The notes beneath the pieces are model-generated. The model worked only from the letters and a program-made list of their open reading frames with translations, had not been told where the DNA came from and did no database searches. The translations under genes were made by a program, and so were the position numbers. 64,000 nucleotides of DNA from Octopus vulgaris (lineage: Eukaryota): the NCBI GenBank assembly GCA_951406725.2, contig OX597828.1, forward strand, positions 74,710,001 through 74,774,000. Direction: 5' to 3'. This document shows positions 54,680 through 64,000 of this stretch, one piece after another (the stretch's first letter is position 1; the number at the start of each line of letters is the position of its first letter).

Positions 54680-55200
54680 TTGTTTTATCTTGTTTCAGTC
54701 ATTTGACTGCGGTCATGCTGGAGCACCGCCTTGAAGAACTTATAATAGTCGAATGAATCGACCTCAGTGCTTGTTATTTTTAAGCTTGGTACTTATGCTA
54801 TCCGTCTCTTTCGCCGAACCGCTAAGTAACGGAGACGTAAACACACCAACATCGGATGTCAAGCAGTGGTGGAAGACAAACACAAAAACAATCAAAGAAT
54901 CCCCCCACCACACACACACACACTCATATATATAGATATATATACGACGGGCTTCTTTCAGTTTCCGTCTACAAAATTCGCCAAGAACGGCTTGGTCGGC
55001 CCGTGGCCATAGATAAAGACCCTTGCTCGTGGTGCCACGCAGTGGGATTGAACCCAAAAGAACGCGATTGGGAAACAAGCTTCTTACCAGAGAACCACGT
55101 TCAATTTCTGCAGTCACTGACCATCCAGAGGTCGACTTGTTCGACTAAAAGGCGGTGCTCCAGCATGGCCACAGTCAAATGACTGAAACAAATAAAAGAA
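54680..55200 (-). mobile_element. SINE family B (54680-55100) with an adjacent inverted tail fragment (55130-55200, +)
   Basis: TTGTTTCAGTCATTTGACTGCGGTCATGCTGGAGCACCGCC and its reverse complement at 55150-55192. Confidence 0.8.
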
Positions 55201-55240
55201 TACACACACACACACACACACACACATACTTATATGTAGA

Positions 55241-55449
55241 CAGTATTTAGAAAGAGGTTTACTAATTGTTTCTCGCCATAGAGACACTGAGATTATATAA
55301 CGTGCCGCGTATCTCCAAGCAATCTTCAGGCTCGTAGAACTGAGCATGTGCACTGAGCCTGAAGATTGCTTGCAGACACAAGGCAGGTTATTTAAATCTG
55401 GTTAATCTCTATAGCAAGAAACCATAAGTAGCTCTTGTTTTAAATACTG
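55241..55449. mobile_element. Fold-back (palindromic) MITE-like element
   Basis: CAGTATTTA...TAAATACTG ends; imperfect self-complementarity throughout; perfect 18-bp core CAAGCAATCTTCAGGCTC/GAGCCTGAAGATTGCTTG. Confidence 0.7.
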
Positions 55450-55556
55450 TACATTAAATGATATTTATCCTCCACTGGATGATAGAGTGCTTTCCGTTGA
55501 TCCTACCTTAACAGAACATTGAACTATATGTACATGTGTGTGTATATATATATGTG

Positions 55557-55591
<35 letters not shown>

Positions 55592-55889
55592 GTATGTGTT
55601 TGTGCGTGCGTGTGTTGATAATGCAGATTTATAAATAAAGAATTTCAACATCAAATTCTTCATTTTAAATTCATCTCTGATTGAATTTCTAAATATATGT
55701 GTGCAACGCCTATTTCTAATTAATGTTTTCAAAATAATTAGCAATTTGAAGATATTTAATCATCAAATAACTAGCTTCAATTAAACTGAATTTTCCAGAG
55801 TTGTAGCAATTAACTGGATGTTTGTCTGTAATAATTCCATATATATAATCATGGCTGTTTCCTGCACCAGCTTCACATAGCTTCCGCAG

Positions 55890-56255
55890 CCCATCCAAAG
55901 TACCTTGGATCGTAGGGCGACCTGCTGTGCTTGAGGAGACCTATTGAGTCAAGTACATCAACATCAAATAGAAATCAAATGGAAATTGTAGTTGTGATAC
56001 CTGTGCCGGTGGCACGTAAAAAGCACCATCCGAGCGTGGCCGATGCCAGCCTCCCCTGGCACCTGTGCCGGTGGCACGTAAAAGGCACCCACTTCACTCT
56101 TGGAGTGGTTGACGCTAGGAAGGGTATCCAGCTGTAGAAACACTGCCAGATCAGACTGGAGCTTGGTGCAGCCTCCTGGATTCCCAGACCCCGGTCGAAC
56201 CGTCCAACCCATGCTAGCATGGAAAACGGACGTTAAACGATGATAATGATGATGA
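55890..56255 (+). mobile_element. RTE-related non-autonomous retroelement/SINE
   Basis: GGTTGACGCTAGGAAGGGTATCCAGCTGTAGAAAC segment; tail CCGTCCAACCCATGCTAGCATGGAAAACGGACGTTAAAC(GAT)n; internal repeat ACCTGTGCCGGTGGCACGTAAAA.GCACC twice. Confidence 0.65.
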
Positions 56256-56309
56256 TATATATATATATTTCGCGCGAGTGTTTAAGACGGCGTGATGGAA
56301 GAACCGTTT

Positions 56310-56662
56310 TCTATTCTAGGCACAAGGCCCGAACTTTTTGGGGAGGGGGCCAGTCGATTAGATCGGATCCCGTACGCAACTGGTACTTAATTTATCAACC
56401 CCGAAAGGATGAAAGACAGACGAAATACCTATTTCTTTACTACCCACAAGTGGCCAAACACAGAGGGAACAAACAAGGACAGACAAACGGATTAATTCGA
56501 TTACATCGACCCCAGTGCGTAACTGGTACTTATTTAATCGACCCCGAAAGGATGAAAAGCAAAGTCGACCTCAGCGGAATTTGAACTCAGAACGTACCGG
56601 CAGACGAAATACTGCTAAGCATTTCGCCCGGCGTGCTAACGATTCTGCCAGCTCTCCACCTT
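56310..56662 (-). mobile_element. SINE family C, dimeric form
   Basis: Same junction GACGAAATACCTATTTCTTT as at ~8134, ~9297 and ~12219. Confidence 0.88.
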
Positions 56663-56920
56663 TAATGAATTAAAAATTAAGCAAGATGGATACGACTGTG
56701 CCTGTCTGTCTGTCTGTCTCTTTTAGAAGATACTTGCCCAAGGTGTCACGCAGTGGGGCTGAACTCGGAATTATATGATTGAGAAGCTAACTTCTCATAA
56801 CAATCTCCTTGGTATCTTGGGATACAGTATTCTAGATATGACCGTAGAACGGTGAAAAATAGAAGAACAGTTGTACAAGAATCTCCAATGCAGTTCTATA
56901 TTTAAGAGATGAGGAATTAC

Positions 56921-57330
56921 TCTTTACTCTCTTTTTTACTCTTTCACGTGTTTCAGTCATTTGACTGTGGCCATGCTGGAGCACCGCCTTTAGTTTAGCA
57001 AATCGACCCCAGGACTTATTCTTTGTAAGCCTAGTACTTATTCTATCGGTCTCTTTTGCCGAACCGCTAAGTTACGGGTACGTAAACACACCAGCATCGT
57101 TTGCCAAGCGATGTTGGTGGTGGTGGGGGAGACAAACACAGACACACAAACATATACACACACATACATATATACGACGGGCTTTTTTCAGTTTCCGTCT
57201 ACCAAATCCACTCACAAGGCTTTGGTTGGCCCGAGGCTATAGTAGAAGACACTTGCCCAAGGTGCACGCAGTGGGACTGAACCCGGAACCATGTGGTTGG
57301 TAAGCAAGCTACTTACCACACAGCCACTCC
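56921..57330 (-). mobile_element. SINE family B inserted in the HHR-tail element
   Basis: Splits GAGGAATTA|TACATTATTTAC, which is contiguous at 23978-24000. Confidence 0.9.
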
Positions 57331-57496
57331 TACATTATTTACATTTAACGGATATTTGTCCTCATCTTGCTTGGTGTTAACACAACCTTTCAGCTGATAT
57401 ACCCTCCAGCCTCCGTCAGGTATCTTGGGGAAATTTCGAACCTGGGTTCTCATTCCTAAGGTAATTTTCGATGTTGTTATTGTTATTATTATCATT

Positions 57497-58426
<930 letters not shown>

Positions 58427-59540
58427 TCACTGCTAGGAATCGAACTCGGAATCTTGGGGGTAGTAACCTGCGCTTTTAACCACTACAGTGTACCACGTAA
58501 CCAAAGGTGGTATCGGGCAAATTGTTTTCAAAGGTATAAAGACGGCATTGCCTCTAGCGACCCCAAGATTCCGAGTTCGTTTCCTGGCAGTGCTCGGGAG
58601 TCACAAAGATCTAGGGACCGAATTATGATTTATGTATGACGTGGTTTACTGTCAATAAATACGATAGAGCCCTGCGCATTGGTTTCCTTGCAGGCTTACA
58701 AGGTTGCGAGACTGCCCTTGTTATAGGGCTTCATAAGTTGTTCTATAACAGGAAGACAACATGGCTTCTTAAGTACTCTTGTTTGAAGTGGATACACTCC
58801 ATTTGTCCTTGTTCAGAGATATATTGTTTAGTTCTGAGTTCTGAATTCCTGTATGTAGGTCACATTCGGTTTTATCCCAAAATCTATTTTTGTGATAACT
58901 TCCGGAAGTTTAGGGTCATCTGCGGAAATTGTGTTTGTGTTTGAAGATATTTGTAATGTAAGTGGTGATATATATATATATATATATATATGTCACAAAA
59001 AATAAATCTATATATACACATCACACACATATACGTGCATATATATTAAATCATAATTTCACCATTCTTAAAAAGAATTACATGCAATATATAAACGTGC
59101 GTGCGTGTGTGTGTGTGTATGTGTGTGTCTGTGTTGTTGTTGTTGTTGTTTAATGAAACTGTACCCCGTTTCCAGTAAAAAGTGGTAGTACCCAGCCATT
59201 ATAAATAGAGCAGTGGCCGGTCGACAGGGAAAAAGATCAGAAGGTCGAGAGTACGTGTAGACTGTGTTGATAGTCGTGTCTATGCTGATATAGTAATTAC
59301 ACTGTGATACTGGGTGGACGTTTATAACGATGCAACCTTTTGAGGATAATAACAGTATACGACTGGGGGGGGGGTCGTACGGTGCCAGAAAGAAACATTC
59401 TATGGACGACTTTGGAATATAACAACATCCGTCAGAGCGGACAACCGTCGTCAAAGGACAGATAAAACAATGGCAGAAGACAGCTTTACAACAATATACA
59501 TGCATACATACATACATACATACATACATATAGATAGATT

Positions 59541-59600
<60 letters not shown>

Positions 59601-59611
59601 TGATATGATAT

Positions 59612-59682
<71 letters not shown>

Positions 59683-59846
59683 GGAGATAGATGAATCTTT
59701 TCGCTTTGACAGGCAGATTTTTAAAATAATTTCTTTGTAATTAAACACAAAGCGAAAAGATCCAAATAGATTGATAGATAGATAGATAGATACACACACA
59801 TATATATACGTATAAATATGTGCACATACATATGAATAAGTGAGTG

Positions 59847-59892
<46 letters not shown>

Positions 59893-60174
59893 TGCGCGCG
59901 TGCATGTGAACATGCAAACACACAACAATCGACACAACTTTGGAGACTTCTCTCTCTCTCTCTCGAGTGAGACAAACTGTTTTCGGCTTCTCCTTTCCGT
60001 TCTGTGTCAAGTGCCTCATTGTTCTCTAAACAAGTTTACTGCGTCGCACAAAAAGAAAAAAAGAAGGAAAAATGTAACCTTTTGTCTGAAAGGCGTTGGA
60101 TGAGAGACACACTACAGGACAAATGCATAAACAACAAGGGGATGGGCTACGAAAATAACTACTACTACTACTAC

Positions 60175-60241
<67 letters not shown>

Positions 60242-60529
60242 TCTACTACTGCTGCTGCTGCTTGTAATATTAATAATAACAACAACAATAATAATAATAA
60301 TAAATGCCCTGATGCAGTACCAGGCAGTGGGTCTCATGGCTTCTGGTCTTAACTGATTACAAGTGTTATCCTGTACACTGGTTTGTCTTGATATAAAAGA
60401 TGGGCTACAGCAAATATTCTGCTCAATACCACAGATTTGCTTGTCAGTTGTTTGACCATAACCAGTTGAGTATGTCCCTTAGTGGCTGACGATATGTGCA
60501 TCTCTGATCACAAGCAGAAACGGTGATTC

Positions 60530-61123
60530 TAGAAATTCTGAGCCAGAAACTACAGCCTAGAAGATGAGCCGCGTCCTGGAAGATCTCTAGAGCTCGACGA
60601 GGACGTCCTACAAACCCTGGTGGAACAAAATCCCATCGTAACTGTCGAGGAACTAACAGAGAAGCTTGGATTTGGTCATTCAACCAATCATTCAAGTCAG
60701 CGCTTGAAGAAAAACTACCATCTTTGGTTTCAAAACGAAAGGTGTCCTTCCATCAGAATAATGCTCAGCCACATACAGCGAGGATAACATATCAAAATCT
60801 GGAGAAGTTTGAATGGGAAACGATGCCTCATCCACTAAATATGTTCACCGGACATTGCACCATCTGATTATCATTTATTCCGCAGTCTTCAAAACCATTT
60901 GGGCGGAAAAACATGAATTCTGTAGACGAGATTAGAACAGTACTGGAGGATAATTTTTCATCACAGACAAGTGAATTTTGGAAGAGGGGCTTTGCAAGTC
61001 TACCAGATAGATTGAAGAGCATTGTAGAAAATGAAGGAGAGTATATTTTTAAAAAAAACAAACTTTGCTTGTCTTAATTTTGAAAAATAAAAGTATTAAA
61101 AAACCGCATTATTTATGGGATGA

Positions 61124-61128
<5 letters not shown>
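60530..61128 (+). mobile_element. 5'-truncated copy of the mariner family at 21459-22360
   Basis: LEDEPRPGRS..LDEDVLQTLVEQNP, FHQNNAQPHTA, SPDIAPSDYHLFRSLQNHL; right TIR AAAACCGCATTATTTATGGGATGAC. Confidence 0.9.
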
Positions 61129-61182
<54 letters not shown>

Positions 61183-61194
61183 CATACATACATA

Positions 61195-61356
61195 TACGAC
61201 GGGCATCTTTCAGTATCCGTCTACCAAATCCACTCCCAAGGCTTTGGACGGCCCGAGGTTATAGCAGAAGTCGCTTGACCAAGGTGCCACGCAGTGGGAC
61301 TGAACCCACAACCATGTGGTCGGTAAGCAAGCTACTTATCACACAGCTACTCCTGC
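61195..61356 (-). mobile_element. SINE family B, 5' half
   Basis: CAAGGTGCCACGCAGTGGGACTGAACCC. Confidence 0.85.
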
Positions 61357-61384
61357 AATTTATATATATATATGTGTGTGTGTG

Positions 61385-61436
<52 letters not shown>

Positions 61437-61708
61437 ACTGTAAGCTTTCCCAGGGGCACCTTCTTCTGCTGCGTGAAGTGCTGATAGGTAAGTGCACGCT
61501 TCCATCACTTAATGAGGAGGTGAGCTGAAAATAATGTTTAATTGAAATTATAACTTCAGTGTGAAGAAAAGTAATTAAGCTTTGCGGCGGTGGTGGTGGG
61601 GGGAGGGGGCTTCCGTGCGGATGTGAGTGCGAATGTGTGTCTGTTTTGTCACTGTGTGTGCGTGTACATACGTATGTATGCATGTGTATGATATAAATAC
61701 ACACACAC

Positions 61709-61758
<50 letters not shown>

Positions 61759-62006
61759 GCACACACATATATACATGTATACATATACGCACATACATTT
61801 TCTTGTCACTCATTTCCACATTTCAAGTTGAAAATGATGATGACGATGATGAAGATGATGATGATGATGATGATGATGACGAGGAGGAGGAGGAGGAGGA
61901 AGATCATCATCATCATCATCATCATCATCAGTAGCAGCACCGATAACACCTGTCTGTCTATCTGTCTGTCTGTCTGTCTCTCTCTATCTATCTCTCTATT
62001 TCTCTC

Positions 62007-62057
<51 letters not shown>

Positions 62058-62299
62058 TATATATATATATATTATATATGCGTGTATGTATGCATGTATG
62101 TATACATGCATGTGTGTGTATGCTTGTGTATGTATGAAAGTGATTTCGGTGCACCTTTATACGTTGATTGCTAAAGAAGCTAACTGCAATCAAAGCATAA
62201 ATATGGATTAGTAGCATTGCCTGAAGAACCGATTATGGCGAAACTATTTGCTGTCACGCACTGAGAGAAGATAAATCCAGCTATTGAACACACACACAC

Positions 62300-63195
62300 G
62301 GGTGTCAATATCGGTTCTCCGTCAATATGGACGATGGCTGTTATGTCTAGTCACGATCCATGAATAGCTCTCCTCATCTTGTTCCCGTCCTCAGCTGTTT
62401 TGATTCATTCGTGGCTTTCTGTTGTGAAACTCTTCGTGTTATGTTTGACCATATTCTCGTATTTCAACTGACGCCTATCACGATTTCTGCTGCTATTTCT
62501 GGTGTGTCCGAAGATAGCGAAACTTCGGTTTCGCTATCTTTAGTCACACCCGGATCTGCGTAGATCTCTTCCATGGCAATAGAAGCCGACTTTTTTCTGA
62601 GATAATTATCATTATGACTTTACCCTTCTGATCTACATCAAGTGTCTCACCATGAATCCATGCAGTTATTAATTTTTTTTATTTGGAAGGCGGCGAGCTG
62701 GGCAGAATCGTTAGCACACTGGACGAAATGATTAGCGGTATTTTGTCTGTCGCTACGTTCTGAGTTCAAATTCCGCCGAGGTCGACTTTGCCGTTCATCC
62801 TTTCGCGGTCGTTCAATTAAGTACCAGTTGAGTACTGGGGTCTATCTAATCGACTGGCCCCCTTCCCCAAAATTTCGATACTTTGTGCATAGAGTAGAAA
62901 AGATTATTTTTATATCATTATTTGTTCCCTGTTTGTAGTATGAGGCCCCTGCTTCCAATTCTTACAATATGGTGGGCAGTATCATTGCTTCGTATATTTT
63001 CACACTTCATATAGACTGAAACGTGCTTTTTTTCTTCGAAGATCATCTTCCCAACTTTCCGAACACCGAGCTGGCCATCCTGCCGTATAACCCATCACTG
63101 AAGGCGGTACCATCAGTGTTAATTCTACTGCCTGGAGAGTTAAAGCGGTCTGGATCGACCTGCTTCTGACTTTCAATGCTCACGATGGCCTCAGT
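62300..63195 (-). mobile_element. Decayed RTE-like LINE fragment (post-RT region) split by a SINE
   Basis: Minus peptide DRFNSPGSRINTDG..MASSVFGKL (cf. FxYLGSxIxxDG..ASxAFGxL), KIYEAMILPTIL*ELEA (cf. VLPxLLYGxE), RQLKY. Confidence 0.6.
62687..62902 (+). mobile_element. SINE family C, monomer
   Basis: AAGGCGGCGAGCTGGGCAGAATCGTTAGCAC...GAGTTCAAATTCCGCCGAGGTCGACTTTGCC. Confidence 0.9.
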
Positions 63196-63291
63196 GTGTG
63201 TCGTGTGCCCTCACGTGACCCGCATGACTCGCATGTCATCGTTTCTCTGATAGAAACAGTCTTCCAGGTGTTGATTGAGTGGCTGTACTTC

Positions 63292-63446
63292 CGAAAGCAT
63301 TCGTCGGGCCCTGCATGTATTTACGAAAGCATTCGTCGGGCCCTGCATGTATTTACGAAAGCATTCGTCGGGCCCTGCATGTATTTACGAAGGCATTCGT
63401 CGGGCCCTGCATATATTTACGAAAGCATTCGCCGGGCCCTGCATGT
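63292..63446. repeat. 32-bp minisatellite, nearly 5 copies
   Basis: Unit CGAAAGCATTCGTCGGGCCCTGCATGTATTTA starting at 63292, 63324, 63356, 63388 and 63420. Confidence 0.95.
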
Positions 63447-64000
63447 TCTCCGCTCTGTGAACATCATCAAACTGTTCAGTGATGATGTTCAACAGTTTAA
63501 CACCTTATAAACATTTTATAAGGACTCGACTAGACGACTAGACTCCTCGGAATATCCAAACCTTCTGCCTTCCTGGCACAGATTTGACCAGATAACAGAG
63601 GCGAATGATTTGGTGAAGCAATGAAGCAGCAATAGTTGTAATACACAATGAAGTAGGAGCTGCGACTGGTGTGTTTGCTGTTATCACAATTATCTATACA
63701 CTCAACACGTGTATGTGCGTGTATAATGCCTTATCTCATACCTTTGATGTTATTTAGCCCAAGTTCAATTACGATAAAACAGACTTATGATCAAAGATAG
63801 ATAGGATAATGATCCTCTCTGAATCATAGGATCGGTTCATCGGTTTCTGCGGAGCATTTATTTCCCCCCACGCTCGGACGGAGTGGGGGAAATACACACA
63901 TCCACTGGCGGAAGATCTGCTTGGAGTTAAAACAGTTGTAACATTGAAAAGCCATATTAATGTGGCGATTAACTTATAATAAAAGCAATTTTGCATTAAT

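Noticed and set aside
62213-62253. Hammerhead CTGAAGA-ACC..GGC-GAAACTA
   Set aside because: Only 2 bp of stem II, poor stem I and no related copy in the window
63292-63446. 32-bp repeats as a CRISPR array
   Set aside because: Units are contiguous with no spacers, there are no cas genes, and the context is eukaryotic; it is a minisatellite

Overview
Repeat-dense, AT-rich eukaryotic non-coding DNA (intergenic or inside a very long intron). The tRNA-derived SINE families and extreme microsatellite density suggest an octopus/coleoid cephalopod genome; this is pattern recognition, not a database result. No host protein-coding gene is supported, and nearly all ORF-track entries are translated microsatellites. 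The window contains three tRNA-headed SINE families (about 40 copies or fragments), decayed mariner transposons, pogo/hAT-type MITEs, two Helitron-type elements, RTE and R4/Dong LINE fragments, and long simple repeats. The most notable signal is a set of minimal type-I hammerhead ribozyme (HHR) motifs of the kind carried by Penelope-like elements (PLEs). One is canonical (3702-3763). One lies in a composite element found twice: tRNA/Pol III head + (AAT)n + HHR-bearing tail (23958-24606 with a 13-bp TSD, and 56891-58486). Several others are variant or decayed. The (AAT)n tract of the second composite copy holds an internally deleted R4/Dong element. Short unique islands rich in homeodomain, Sox, TCF, CRE and CCAAT motifs lie between the repeats. 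Element boundaries were read by eye and are approximate unless termini are quoted.
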